Translations under genes and position numbers: made by a program
In this document: positions 37,462 to 48,428 of the stretch, one piece after another
How the letters are laid out: each line of letters opens with the position of its first letter
Numbering within the stretch: position 1 is the stretch's first letter
From: Hanamia sp.
GTDB lineage: Bacteria > Bacteroidota > Bacteroidia > Chitinophagales > Chitinophagaceae
Direction: 5' to 3'
Length of the DNA: 64,000 nt
Assembly (NCBI GenBank): GCA_036509585.1
Contig: DATCFI010000133.1
Span: forward strand, 15,150 to 79,149
The notes under the pieces: generated by a model
Database searches by the model: none
What the model saw: only the letters and a program-made list of their open reading frames with translations
Told to the model about the DNA's origin: nothing

Positions 37462-40400
37462 CTACGGCTCTGCAAAATACATATCCATTTCTCCTTTGTT
37501 CTTTGCTTTTATTTTGCCACGATAAACAAGATGGAATTTGTCTTTCACGAGGTTGTGAGTTACTTCGGAAATATTAACCCTTGATGGTTCTGAATTTTGC
37601 TCCATTCTTGCGGCAATATTGACGGTATCACCCCATATATCATATTGAAGTTTTTTGGAACCAACCACACCGGCGATTACCACACCGGTATGAATGCCGA
37701 TGCGTAATTCAATTTGTTCAGTGGCGCCTTCGATTAAGCGCTTTTTGGCAAACTCCTGCATCTCCAAAGCAGCCTGCACCATTTTCTCTGCGCCGTTATA
37801 TAGCGTTTTCCCAATTCCGCCGATGGCCATGTAGGCATCACCGATGGTTTTAATTTTTTCCAAACCATATTTCCCTATTATCTCATCGAATGCCCTGAAA
37901 TAATTATCAATCATTGTTATTAATTCCTCTGGGTTCAGTCTTTCGGAAATATTGGTAAATCCTTTGATATCGGCCATCATTACCGTTACGTTTTTAAGTT
38001 CTTGTGGAGTGACTTTTCCTGTAGCCTTCAGTTCTTCAATGGCTTCTTTGGGAAATATATTTTCCAATAACACTGAAATCTGGTTCTTTTCCGCTTCCAA
38101 TGCAAACGTTCTTTCCCTTACCCGGGTTTCCATATTTTTATTAAGATAGGCATTATCAAGAAGCATCGCAATCTGGGAAGAAATGAGGTTCAGCATTCCA
38201 ATTCTCTTGTTATCAAATATTCCTTCGGTCAGATAATTCTCCAGGTAAAGTATGCCAAAAAGTTCACCTTGTTTTAAGATAGGGTAAACCAAAACTGACA
38301 ATGGCCGATGGGTTACAAAATACGGTAGCTCACTATACTCAGAATTTTTGACTGGATTATTTATCACTAATAATTCCTTTACCCTTCCCACATAGCGGAC
38401 CACGTTTAATGGCAGGCTATTGATATCAGGGTATTCAGTAATTGATTTTGCGCCTTCACGTATGTTGAAGGATGCTTTTATAAGCAGGTCTGCACGGCTA
38501 CTTATCAAAATGTAACCATTATCTGCCCCGGAATTTTGAATAACTATTTGCATCAGTTTTTCAATCACCCTATCAATATCTTTTGCATTGTTTATTGCAT
38601 TGGATGTTTCTAACACAAGATTCATGTCTGCGTTTTGCAAAGATGCAATTGCAGTATTTTCCCTGGTTTCTTCGAGAATACTTTTACCCAGGACACTTTC
38701 AAATTCCTTTTCTATATATTTTACTTTCAGAATTGCGCCCCATTGAAGATAAGCACGCCTGGCATTATCGAGATAGGTTTTTGCGATGATAGCATTACCG
38801 GACTGAAAGTGAAACCGGCCTGCCAATTCATTTGCCAGCGCTTTTATATTAATGAATAAATATTTGTCCGCGCTTTGTATTGCTTTTTCGTAAAGGGTTG
38901 CTGTGTTACCTGGGCTACCTGAAATTCGTGCCTGCTCAGCCTGTAAAAGAAGATATAAAGGTTCAAAATTTTCCGGGCAATTACCCGCCCAGATTTTTAA
39001 TTTTTTCAAATGCCCCTTTAGCTTTTTTAGATAAGGCATCGCAGGAGATAACTTTTTTTCAAAAGCCACCACACAAATAAGGCCGCCATAAAAATTATAT
39101 TCTGCAAATTCATAGCGATGATAAATAAAATCCACATATTTGGCAGCCTCCAGATATCTTTGCCATGCTTCCTGGTAGTACTGAAACTGGTAAAGAATAT
39201 TCATATAGGCAATGTAGGTATCAGCGGCAACCGAAAAAGAAGAAGAAGCTACAATCTGTGCCAATCTTTCAGGTACATTAAAAGATTTTCCAAGCAACAA
39301 AATGTTATCGTCTACTCCACGAAGACATCTGACTGCATGATAATATCCTTCCAGAAAATGCCGTGTTTCTTTATCTCCCCGCTGATCCACGAGCCGTAAA
39401 TAATTTTCGATTGACTGCTCTACTTCCTGCAAGGGGAAACCTAAAGCAAATTTTTTTTGATGGTAATGGAAAATTCCATACCCGGCATAAAGCGGGTCGC
39501 CGTTTGCAATACAGCCATTAATGATCTCCTGAATATTATCAAATTCCGGCCGCACAGGCATCGTCCAATGCTGTATAAAATTATGGTACACCATGCCCAC
39601 TTTCCATTTAAGAAGGGTATATCCTAATTGTCTATTGATCTGTATGCCAATATCAGCTAGTTTTTTGCCGGTTTTATAATCTCCGAATAGCTGAGAGAGT
39701 ATCATACCATATCCCATATAGCCAAATGATGCTATACCATTGGTCCCATATTTTAAAGAATAATGAACTATTTTCATAACTGACCAGGCAAAAAGATTTT
39801 GATCGTATTGATACGTAGGTGAGCAGGCAATAAGTGTAAACATAAGGAAATGCATCTGCTCAGCATCTTTCATTACAGGCTTTTCGGTCAACTGGTCAAT
39901 TCTTTTGCCCCGTAAAATCCATTTAGCTTTAAGAATATCTTTTAATAAAGCCATCATGATAATAGGCTTGGTTCGCGGCATATACAATCCATACAAACGA
40001 AATCCTGTTCTGGCGTATTCTACTCCCTGGGCCATTTGGTCTTTAGAAAGGCACATAAACATTCGCTGGAGCAACACCTGCAATTTATCCAGCCTTGCTT
40101 GTGATTGTAGATATAATTCATCAAGGTCATGCTCGGCTTCATCATATTGACCTGTTTGATATTTGCAGGCGGCTTCCAGCAAACAAAAGTCATAAAGCTG
40201 CCTGTAATGATCCTTAAAATTCAGGAACTGCTTTCCTTTAATAAAATACGCTATAGCTGAATCATAAGCAGTAGAGTCCATCGCTTTTTTACCTGCACGA
40301 AGGTTGATCTCTACCAAGCTTTCGATATCTTCCTTTTCCTTAATGAACTGGCTGCCCATATTGAGATGGTTAGCAATAAAAAAAATCTCTTCTTCTATTT

Positions 40401-42564
40401 CTGAAGGCGTATAATTTTTTAATTTGAACTGTCCTGCTTTGAAATTGATCAAAGCAAGCTCCTCCTCATTTACCATTGAAAGGCATGCCTGCCTTATGCG
40501 ATCGTGTGAAAACTGAAAACGTACATTCCCTACGCGGTTCAGATCCACATCGCTTATATTTTGAGAAGAACGGCTGTAATGATCGAGATTTTCATCGTGG
40601 GTTAAAAGGTATCCCATATTTATTACCGCAGACAATTCGTTTGCTATGGTGTATAGCCGCTCGCCGGTAAGACTGGCGGTAGTAAGCAGGTCAAAACTGT
40701 CCCCAACACAAGCGCCAGTCCTTAGGATTTTTTTCTGGAGATCATCAAGATTATTAATTTTTTGAACGAGTAGTTCAATTACATTCTCCGCGAAATTATA
40801 TTCCTGCAAAGCTTTTTTGTCCCATTTCCATGATCCCTGGTCATCTTTGTATAAAAGGCCCGCATCGTTGAGAGAAGTGATCAGTTGAATGGTATAAAAA
40901 ATGTTTCCCTGTGTTTTATGAAAAATCTTTTCTACCAGCTCCTCCGGGCTTTCTACCTGGTGTTGCAATGTTTCCATTATAAAGTTGCCGGTAGTTTCTT
41001 TTTCAAGCGGGTATAATTTTATTTCTTTAATATCCGCTTTTTTCTCCTGCCTCTGTAATGAGATGGCGAGGGGATGTGTGGGATCAACTTCGTTGTCACG
41101 ATAGGATCCCATGAAAAGGAAATTAGAGATGGTATTATCGTACACCATCAATTCGATCAGTTTGATAGAAGCAAGATCTGCCCATTGAAGATCATCCAGG
41201 AATAGAATAAGAGAATATTCGCCGGAACAAAATGCTGAAATAAAATTTAGAAAAGTCTGTTGAAAACGATTCTGAGATTCATCAGGCGAAAGGTCATCCA
41301 AAGGTGGTTGTTTGCCGATTACTATTTCAAGTTCGGGAACAACATTAATTATTATTTGACCATTATTATGTAAAAATCCCAGCAGGCGATCTTTCCAGTA
41401 ATTAAGTTTTGCTTCGTCTTCTCTTAATAAATTTCTGATCAACGCGCGGATGGCATCAATTAAAGCAGAATAAGGTGAATTGCGCTGTAAGGTGTCAAAT
41501 TTGGCTTTTGAAATAAACGAGGAGGCTTCCACCTTTTTAAGAATAATTTCCTCCACCAACCTCGACTTGCCTACCCCCGAATATCCTCCAATATACAAAG
41601 CCTGTTTTATTCCTTTTAGTGCGAGTTGGTATGCATCATTTATCATGGCCAGTTCCCGGTCCCGTCCCATTAATGTGCCGGAGATCGTGATATGGCCTAC
41701 AAAATCCTTTTGACCTATTTTGAAAGATTCAAGGTAAAAATCGTCCTGGAAATAAGCCGCGCTCTTTTCCAGGTCATACAACAATCCACTTAACGTTTGA
41801 TAACGGTCTTCGGGGTTTTTGTTCAATAATTTCATTACGATATCATTCAATACCTGTGGAAGGTACGGGTCAAGAGTTCGTAATGGCTCAGGCTGTCGTG
41901 CAATATGTGCGTACAACAACTCTGAGGAACTATTGCTTACAAAAGGCAATTTGCCTGCAAGCATTTCATAAAAAATAATTCCGAGTGAATAATAGTCAGA
42001 CCTGTAATCAATAACCTGGTTAGTTCGTCCTGTTTGTTCGGGGCTGATATAATCCAGGTCACCAGGGCCGGAGAAATTATAAGATCCTTCCGTTTCCTTT
42101 TTAAAAACCCTGGAGGCTTTTTCAAGGTCTGCAATTTTACATATTTCTTTTTCAGAATCAATCAGGATATACTCAGGTCTTAAGTTCCCGATTATCCAAC
42201 CATTTGAATGAAAAGAGGAAAGCATCCTACATAAACTGATGGCTACCTGGACAAACCGGGATGGAAGTATTTTGCCATATTCAATAATGAAATGTCGTAA
42301 AGTACAACCCGCTGCATTTTTAAAAATAATAGCAACTGAGTCTTTTTGGAGTAAATAATTGATGGGCTGCAATACGTCATCCCATTTCTCTTCTTTTACA
42401 AGGTCAACAATATTTTTTACCGACTGTACCTGTTTTTCGCTGGGGCTTTGATAAACTTTGGCTATAAATTTTTCATGATGCAAATTATCTTCTACCCTTA
42501 GTAAGCTAAAGCGGGTTGTTTCAACCATTGTTTCAAAAGATTCATATCCATTAAGAGTGATCAT
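37462..42564 (-). CDS. Kinase-like / AAA-STAND ATPase / GAF / class III adenylate cyclase multidomain protein
   Basis: YISPEQTGR, Walker A GYSGVGKS, Walker B FLDDLQWAD, GAF LYLEN; cyclase motifs ADIKGFT, KTIGDAYM and DIWGDTVNIAARM. Confidence 0.92.
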   Translation of the reverse strand: MITLNGYESFETMVETTRFSLLRVEDNLHHEKFIAKVYQSPSEKQVQSVKNIVDLVKEEKWDDVLQPINYLLQKDSVAIIFKNAAGCTLRHFIIEYGKILPSRFVQVAISLCRMLSSFHSNGWIIGNLRPEYILIDSEKEICKIADLEKASRVFKKETEGSYNFSGPGDLDYISPEQTGRTNQVIDYRSDYYSLGIIFYEMLAGKLPFVSNSSSELLYAHIARQPEPLRTLDPYLPQVLNDIVMKLLNKNPEDRYQTLSGLLYDLEKSAAYFQDDFYLESFKIGQKDFVGHITISGTLMGRDRELAMINDAYQLALKGIKQALYIGGYSGVGKSRLVEEIILKKVEASSFISKAKFDTLQRNSPYSALIDAIRALIRNLLREDEAKLNYWKDRLLGFLHNNGQIIINVVPELEIVIGKQPPLDDLSPDESQNRFQQTFLNFISAFCSGEYSLILFLDDLQWADLASIKLIELMVYDNTISNFLFMGSYRDNEVDPTHPLAISLQRQEKKADIKEIKLYPLEKETTGNFIMETLQHQVESPEELVEKIFHKTQGNIFYTIQLITSLNDAGLLYKDDQGSWKWDKKALQEYNFAENVIELLVQKINNLDDLQKKILRTGACVGDSFDLLTTASLTGERLYTIANELSAVINMGYLLTHDENLDHYSRSSQNISDVDLNRVGNVRFQFSHDRIRQACLSMVNEEELALINFKAGQFKLKNYTPSEIEEEIFFIANHLNMGSQFIKEKEDIESLVEINLRAGKKAMDSTAYDSAIAYFIKGKQFLNFKDHYRQLYDFCLLEAACKYQTGQYDEAEHDLDELYLQSQARLDKLQVLLQRMFMCLSKDQMAQGVEYARTGFRLYGLYMPRTKPIIMMALLKDILKAKWILRGKRIDQLTEKPVMKDAEQMHFLMFTLIACSPTYQYDQNLFAWSVMKIVHYSLKYGTNGIASFGYMGYGMILSQLFGDYKTGKKLADIGIQINRQLGYTLLKWKVGMVYHNFIQHWTMPVRPEFDNIQEIINGCIANGDPLYAGYGIFHYHQKKFALGFPLQEVEQSIENYLRLVDQRGDKETRHFLEGYYHAVRCLRGVDDNILLLGKSFNVPERLAQIVASSSFSVAADTYIAYMNILYQFQYYQEAWQRYLEAAKYVDFIYHRYEFAEYNFYGGLICVVAFEKKLSPAMPYLKKLKGHLKKLKIWAGNCPENFEPLYLLLQAEQARISGSPGNTATLYEKAIQSADKYLFINIKALANELAGRFHFQSGNAIIAKTYLDNARRAYLQWGAILKVKYIEKEFESVLGKSILEETRENTAIASLQNADMNLVLETSNAINNAKDIDRVIEKLMQIVIQNSGADNGYILISSRADLLIKASFNIREGAKSITEYPDINSLPLNVVRYVGRVKELLVINNPVKNSEYSELPYFVTHRPLSVLVYPILKQGELFGILYLENYLTEGIFDNKRIGMLNLISSQIAMLLDNAYLNKNMETRVRERTFALEAEKNQISVLLENIFPKEAIEELKATGKVTPQELKNVTVMMADIKGFTNISERLNPEELITMIDNYFRAFDEIIGKYGLEKIKTIGDAYMAIGGIGKTLYNGAEKMVQAALEMQEFAKKRLIEGATEQIELRIGIHTGVVIAGVVGSKKLQYDIWGDTVNIAARMEQNSEPSRVNISEVTHNLVKDKFHLVYRGKIKAKNKGEMDMYFAEP

Positions 42565-42573
42565 CTATCGTTT

Positions 42574-44697
42574 TTATAAGTCCTTTTCACCGATTATTTC
42601 TATATTTTCTCCGGATATTGCACTGGCTGTTTGTAGCCCTGACATAACCGTCGCTTCAATGCAACCGGCATTAAAACCATTATCGATCCAGTCGCCTGTT
42701 ATATATAGGTTGCCAAATGCCTGGGTCTGATCAGCTTTGAGCCGAAATGCTGAACTACCTGTAAATGACATAACATATAATTCTGTGGGATCAATATTTG
42801 CCCTGAAAAACTGGTCATTAAACCGGGCGATTCCTACACCATTATTAATATCAATCAACTTGCTAAAATCAAAACTATTTTGTCCCTGCCATATTCCCGG
42901 CCATATATGAGCAGATAAGTTATTTAGATAATCCAATGCAAATTGCATTGCCATTGTTGTTTGCGTATCCGGAAACGAAGCATCTCCAAAATTAGATTGT
43001 TCAGCATTTTGCAAGATTTCATCAGCATTGGGTGCAGGTGTGGGCCCACAGAAATAAGCAATATTTTGCGGTGTATCTCCCTGTGGCCAGTTTTCGCGCC
43101 CAATCAGATCACTCATATCTGCCCACGTATCATAAGGTTCCTGGTAAGATCCTAAAAGCGCAAGTCCGTCATTCGTGTAGGGCCATTGCATTTCCTGTAT
43201 AGAACTATTAAGCCAAAGCTGGAAAGCGATAGTACTTATAGGTATTACATTTTTGACCATGTTTTGCCAGGCTGTGTTTTTTGCTATCAACTCTTTTGCT
43301 ATAGTTGGTAAAGCGCCAATTGAAATGCCTAAAATAACCAAATCAAAATCCTGCCCTTTTTGTAGTGTTTGCTGTCCCACCGGTTTCCAGGTGGAATAGT
43401 AGGATTCCAGATTTACATTTCCAGCCAGTATTTCATTTCCCTGCTCCAGGTATTGGGTGTTTGGAAAATTAGGCCAGCAAGGCAATTCATTAACTGTAAC
43501 AAGCGGATCATAAGAAGGTACTCCACTTGCCAGTGTGGCTTGAATGTCAATGGAAATAGTATTGATAGAACCGTCCGTGCCAAGGCCGAGATTGGTGATC
43601 TTGCTAAAGAATTGGAAATTCACGCCTCTTTGCTGCAGCACCTGGTAAATGGGTGCAAATATAGCATCGCCCATACCTGCCATCATTCGGTAATACACAT
43701 TTCCCTTGAAAGTTAACCCAAGTCTTAATAATCCTCTCAACGCAGTGCCGGCTTCGAAAGTATATTGTTCTTTTCCGCCAAAAACCAATCCATATACGGC
43801 CTGCACAATTGCAGAATCAATGGTCACCTGGTAAGCCCCATGCTTACTCAACCATTGCCTGTAATCGTAATTATTAATGACGTCAAATCCTTTTTCAATG
43901 ATGTCATCATCAATCATCCCTTTGATCGTAACGAACCCGAGATCAGCTAATATAAAATACCTGCGCAAACTGGTTTCTGCATTTTGAATATCCCCGGCAA
44001 TTTTTGCGAGCCAGGTAATCAAGTCGCCCAAAATACTTTTAAGTAAAGAATAATTTTTATTATTTGCCGCAATAGAAGCGGATGAAGTGAGCAAATTTCC
44101 TGCGTCGGAATAAGAGGCACTCGAATCCAAAACGAGTGCGCCGTATTTTTGTCTTAAAAGAGAATAGTCAGAACTATTTACATCCGCTTCAATTCTTGCC
44201 TTTACTTCGGGTGTTGTCTTTGAATAAAATTGATCCTGCTGCTGACAAAGCCAGTCCACTATCCTTATAATATATCCTTCCAAAGTGGGTGGAGGAGTGG
44301 AATCGCCCGGTATCAAGCCATTTGGTGAAATGGAGAACGGCCAATCCAACCATTGTCCGTTAACCTGCTCCTCAAGGCAAATAAAATCGTATCCTGTGAA
44401 TGCTTCCTGCCAGGTCGCCAGTGGAGAACCCGGTTGCCGGTTATTTGCCTCGTACACTTGTTGGATCATATTGAAAGCATTATCATAAAATCCAAACCAT
44501 AAATGCAGTCCGTGTTCCTCGATCCTGTCCCCAACTGATGCATTTCTTCCACTTGCTCCTTTGCCTCCCAACCGCCAGCCTAATTGGTAAACAGTAATAT
44601 CGTATTTCGTTTTCCACTCAGGATCAGAGGTGAGCTGGAAAACGGAAGTCAGGGATCCCATGCCACCTCCCAGAACTGCAATCTTCTGTATTGCCAT
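42574..44697 (-). CDS. FAD/NAD(P)-binding oxidoreductase (amine oxidase/carotenoid desaturase superfamily)
   Basis: VLGGGMGS, GGKGASGR...EEHGLHLWFGFYDNAF, and C-terminal GDWIDNGFNAGCIEATVMSG. Confidence 0.85.
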   Translation of the reverse strand: MAIQKIAVLGGGMGSLTSVFQLTSDPEWKTKYDITVYQLGWRLGGKGASGRNASVGDRIEEHGLHLWFGFYDNAFNMIQQVYEANNRQPGSPLATWQEAFTGYDFICLEEQVNGQWLDWPFSISPNGLIPGDSTPPPTLEGYIIRIVDWLCQQQDQFYSKTTPEVKARIEADVNSSDYSLLRQKYGALVLDSSASYSDAGNLLTSSASIAANNKNYSLLKSILGDLITWLAKIAGDIQNAETSLRRYFILADLGFVTIKGMIDDDIIEKGFDVINNYDYRQWLSKHGAYQVTIDSAIVQAVYGLVFGGKEQYTFEAGTALRGLLRLGLTFKGNVYYRMMAGMGDAIFAPIYQVLQQRGVNFQFFSKITNLGLGTDGSINTISIDIQATLASGVPSYDPLVTVNELPCWPNFPNTQYLEQGNEILAGNVNLESYYSTWKPVGQQTLQKGQDFDLVILGISIGALPTIAKELIAKNTAWQNMVKNVIPISTIAFQLWLNSSIQEMQWPYTNDGLALLGSYQEPYDTWADMSDLIGRENWPQGDTPQNIAYFCGPTPAPNADEILQNAEQSNFGDASFPDTQTTMAMQFALDYLNNLSAHIWPGIWQGQNSFDFSKLIDINNGVGIARFNDQFFRANIDPTELYVMSFTGSSAFRLKADQTQAFGNLYITGDWIDNGFNAGCIEATVMSGLQTASAISGENIEIIGEKDL

Positions 44698-44706
44698 ATT
44701 ATTTTA

Positions 44707-45498
44707 TTAAAATTTTATAAATTCGATATAAGAAAGTTTCCAATCGTAATCCATGTGAAATGCACCCAAAGGATTTTGAGTAATAGCCGGCGAACTGATG
44801 ATGCCGGCAGGCATGAACTGGCAGGATAAATTATTGTAATCCAGTCCCGCTGCCGCAATGTCTATATTTTCATAAGCTATTTTATAAATAGAACTTACAT
44901 ATCCATAAGGCCCATGTTCAATCACGGGCAATTGTAAAATGTTCGTAATCTTTTGAAAATTAGGAACAGACTTATCCGGTTGTAAAAACCCCATCATCAG
45001 CGTTACCCCGGAAAGTAATGTGTTGGATGTAGATTCCTCCAACACAAAAAAATCTGATGGAGTCACAGCAAAACCGGCCATCTCTTTATTAAACTCCCAG
45101 AAAATTCTTCCACCCAATACGGCTAAAATACTATCAAGGTATAAAATGGGTAAATAACAATAAGGTCCTTTACTTTTATATTGTGGATCTTTAAATTGAA
45201 CATAAGGTAACATTACAATGAATTCATAATATTTCAGCGTTAATCCAACATTCTCCACCATTGCAATCCTTTCAAGATTCGGATTGGTCCTCAGCAAAGT
45301 ATTATTGAACATGAGCAAAAGCGGGTGCTTTCCGGCAGGGGTATATTGCTGCGGAGCTAAAACAAGGTCATCAGGTAAAAGCGATTGTAGAAAATCCGAA
45401 TCAACACTGCTAAAAGCAAATCTTCCTTCGCAGTGACCTTCTAATGGATATTTTTTAAGCAGTGCTAATCTATGTTGATCTCCAATATTGACTGGCAT
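44707..45498 (-). CDS. Acetoacetate decarboxylase-like family protein
   Basis: LLPDDLVLAPQ...HPLLLMF...YYEFIVMLPYV...LYLDSILAVLGGRIFWEFNK pattern. Confidence 0.65.
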   Translation of the reverse strand: MPVNIGDQHRLALLKKYPLEGHCEGRFAFSSVDSDFLQSLLPDDLVLAPQQYTPAGKHPLLLMFNNTLLRTNPNLERIAMVENVGLTLKYYEFIVMLPYVQFKDPQYKSKGPYCYLPILYLDSILAVLGGRIFWEFNKEMAGFAVTPSDFFVLEESTSNTLLSGVTLMMGFLQPDKSVPNFQKITNILQLPVIEHGPYGYVSSIYKIAYENIDIAAAGLDYNNLSCQFMPAGIISSPAITQNPLGAFHMDYDWKLSYIEFIKF

Positions 45499-45588
45499 TC
45501 AGAATTAATTTAATGAACGTTCAAAATTATTTCAGGCTTACAATTCACAGGATGAGAAGTCAAGGGATAATGGATTGTTAATCACTTT

Positions 45589-45596
45589 CAAAAGTA
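45589..45596 (-). promoter_or_regulatory. -7 element for the three-gene operon
   Basis: TACTTTTG on the minus strand about 90 nt upstream of the ATG at 45498. Confidence 0.45.
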
Positions 45597-45780
45597 CAAA
45601 TAATTTAATACGGTAATAAAATATAATTGGTGTTCAAACTTTCATTGATTAGCGGATCCCGAAAAAGAAACCTGGAACAGCAGCAAAACCGCAGCAGTAA
45701 ACTTTTTTGAGTTGAAATAAAAAACAACAGAGCGGGAGTTATTAAATTATCTCTACTTTAATTATTGTTTATGTAAAATC

Positions 45781-45812
45781 AGGGTTGCCAACCTTCCAAG
45801 GTTGGCAACCCT
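45781..45812. repeat. Perfect 15-bp inverted repeat (REP-like, family E)
   Basis: agggttgccaacctt-cc-aaggttggcaaccct. Confidence 0.85.
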
Positions 45813-45862
45813 CAAAAACTGTAATATCGGCTACTGGCGGTGTACACGCCAGGCGGAAGTTG

Positions 45863-46456
45863 TTAATCAGCCATAAACGTGTCGTTGTTTTTGTCTTCAG
45901 TCCAGTTAAATTCAATTTCAAACGCGACTTTTCTTGCAAATGTAATTCCGTGACGGTCGCTTAAAAATCCTAAAGCCATATCCATTCCCGCACTTACACC
46001 GGACGAAGTGTAAAATTTTCCATCAACTGTCCAACGTGCTTTTTTATTCCATAATACATTTGCCCCGTTTGTAGTTACCCATTTAAATGCTCTTTTGTTT
46101 GATGTCGCATTTTTGTTATCTAATAAACCGGTCCTTGCAAGCAATGCACTTCCTGTGCATACTGTCAACACATACTTGCTGAAATTTGATATTTCTTTGA
46201 TTTTGTCAATGAGTAATTTGTTGTCAACTTCTTTTCGTGTGCCCGGACCGCCGAGGATTAAAAATATTTCCAGGTCAAGGTTAATGTTTTCCAGCGTTTC
46301 GGTCAATATGGATACTCCATGCCGGTTTTTTATTTGTCCTCCGTTTAGTGAATAAAATTTGATTGTGTACAATTCAATAAGTCGCCCAAAAATTTCAACG
46401 GGGCCAAAAACATCTAAGGTTTCAAAGTCGTCAAAAAGTAATACTGCTATTTCCAT
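45863..46456 (-). CDS. DJ-1/PfpI family protein
   Basis: FETLDVFGPVE, TVCTGS nucleophilic Cys, and SSGVSAGMDM motifs. Confidence 0.92.
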   Translation of the reverse strand: MEIAVLLFDDFETLDVFGPVEIFGRLIELYTIKFYSLNGGQIKNRHGVSILTETLENINLDLEIFLILGGPGTRKEVDNKLLIDKIKEISNFSKYVLTVCTGSALLARTGLLDNKNATSNKRAFKWVTTNGANVLWNKKARWTVDGKFYTSSGVSAGMDMALGFLSDRHGITFARKVAFEIEFNWTEDKNNDTFMAD

Positions 46457-46467
46457 ACTGCTGTTTT

Positions 46468-47255
46468 TTATTCGGTATTTATTTCTCCAATCAAATATAA
46501 TTTCGCTTGCCCACTAATTTGTACTCTGTCTCCTGACAAGCTACATTTTAAAAAACCTTTCCTTTCAGAAAGTTGCGTAGCTGTCAATTCCAATTTGCTT
46601 AATTGTTTAGCCCAATAAGGTGTCAATGTGGTATGAGCAGATCCTGTAACCGGGTCTTCAGTTACGCCAGTTTGTGGTGCAAAAAATCTTGAAACAAAAT
46701 CAGTATTGTCGCCTTTCGCAGTTACAATGATTCCCCTCGCTTCAAGTTGAGCGATTTTATCAAAGGATGGTTTCAGATTTTGTATTTGCTTTTCATTTTC
46801 GAAGACCACCATAAAATCAGTTTTACCCTTAAAAGCAAGTTTTGGTTTTTGATCAAAACAATCAAAAATTTCACTTGTCAATTCAATTGGCATTAGATGA
46901 TCTGCCGGAAAATCCAGGGTTAAAAAATTACCTTGTTTGCTGGCAGTTAATTCACCACTTCGGTGTGAATAAAAATGGATAATATTTCCCTGGTAATTTT
47001 CATAGTTGAATAATACAAAAGCAGTTGCAAGTGTGGCATGTCCACCAGGTCAACTTCTACTTTAGGGGTAAACCAACGAATTTGATAACTGTCCTCATTT
47101 TTCAAATAGAAAGCAGTTTCGGCAAGATTATTTTCGGCCGCAATTTTTAGCATCAATTCATCACTCAACCATTGGTCAAGAGGACAAACAGCTGCCGGAT
47201 TTCCTGAAAAAAGCTGGCTGGCAAAAGCATCTATTTGATATATTTTCTGTTTCAT
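46468..47255 (-). pseudogene. PhzF family isomerase split by a -1 frameshift
   Basis: QIDAF...GNPAAV, NLAETAF; one missing T near 47046 destroys DLCGHATLA; downstream EDPVTGSAH. Confidence 0.87.
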
Positions 47256-47270
47256 TTTTTAGATAATTAG

Positions 47271-47807
47271 TTACTGCGAAATTCGATAAAGTCCCTTCTT
47301 AAGATTTTTCATGATTTGTTCTGTAATTGAACGTGGCCCGCTTGTGTCGTCATAAATAGTGTATTGCTTCGCTTCATCGAAAGACATATATAGTTCATGG
47401 TAAGGAGTGTAATCAGTAATTTTCCCTTCAACCCGGGCAGCAGCTCTTTCAGCGCATATCTTTTCACTCGCACTTACAACAATATATTCTAAAGGTATTT
47501 CCCTTTTATTGATTATTTTAAAAGCAGTAGGAACAAACCATGGCGGAATCGAAAAGTCAAGAATCACTTCATAACCTGCATGAGCATAGGGTATTGCAGC
47601 CACAGTCATTGATGCCATAATAGTTTTGAAATTCTTAAAACGTCCTATGCTTTCGAATCCTTTTACAATATAAAACCAGAATTTATCACCTTCAATATAT
47701 ACAACGGGGGATGAAAATGCCTTAATAATTTCTTGTGCAACTGTACTTTTACCCGCACCCACTGGTCCGGAAAGTATAATTATACGCTTTGTTGTTTCTT
47801 TTGCCAT
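47271..47807 (-). CDS. P-loop kinase/AAA family protein
   Basis: Walker A SGPVGAGKST; IEGD and ILD motifs of small nucleoside/antibiotic-kinase-like folds. Confidence 0.8.
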   Translation of the reverse strand: MAKETTKRIIILSGPVGAGKSTVAQEIIKAFSSPVVYIEGDKFWFYIVKGFESIGRFKNFKTIMASMTVAAIPYAHAGYEVILDFSIPPWFVPTAFKIINKREIPLEYIVVSASEKICAERAAARVEGKITDYTPYHELYMSFDEAKQYTIYDDTSGPRSITEQIMKNLKKGLYRISQ

Positions 47808-48024
47808 GTATGAATTGTCTTACAGGTTTCTGCTTAGGGCCTTGTATTGCCTGCAGGCGGCGTAATAGCGCCGTATCAGCCGATGCCAAAGCTAAATTAA
47901 TATTTTATTGCTGATGCTTACTTTCTTTTGCTCCCCTATATTCAGTCCCCGTAATATTATTAGGTGCATCAAAATTAAAAGTTACAATGTATAGAGTTTA
48001 CAAAATATTATTATCCGGTAAAAG

Positions 48025-48135
48025 CATTTTATTTTATACTCCTCTTTCCCACATTTTCGTTTATGCTTTTCTGTTATTGTTGAATGAATTCAAATTATTA
48101 AATACAAATGGCACTTAATTGTTGGTTTACTGTAA
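48025..48135 (+). repeat. AT-rich core repeat copy
   Basis: ttttattttata...cacattttCGTTTA tgcttttct GTTATt...aaatacaaatg...tttactgtaatg. Confidence 0.8.
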
Positions 48136-48338
48136 TGCCAACTGCCACGTTCTCCGTACCTGGGATTGTTCGTTGCTAATTTTTGGGTGAAAAATAAATT
48201 CTCAAATTTCAATATGATTTAATGGACATAGTAACATGAGATTGAGAATTATTTATTTCCATCTGATTTTTAGTTTTCAAAAATTAATGCAGGGAATGAA
48301 TTTCCGCGTGCATTCCAAATTTGCATGAGCGCGCTGCC

Positions 48339-48362
48339 CCGGTTGGTGTCTCCACCAACCGG
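48339..48362. repeat. REP-like hairpin, family B
   Basis: ccggttggtg-tctc-caccaaccgg; degenerate copy at 17811-17835. Confidence 0.75.
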
Positions 48363-48428
48363 TTACAATTTGGATTGCACCCGAATTTCCCTATATAGAT
48401 TTAAAAAAAAACTATTTTCGCTAATCAA

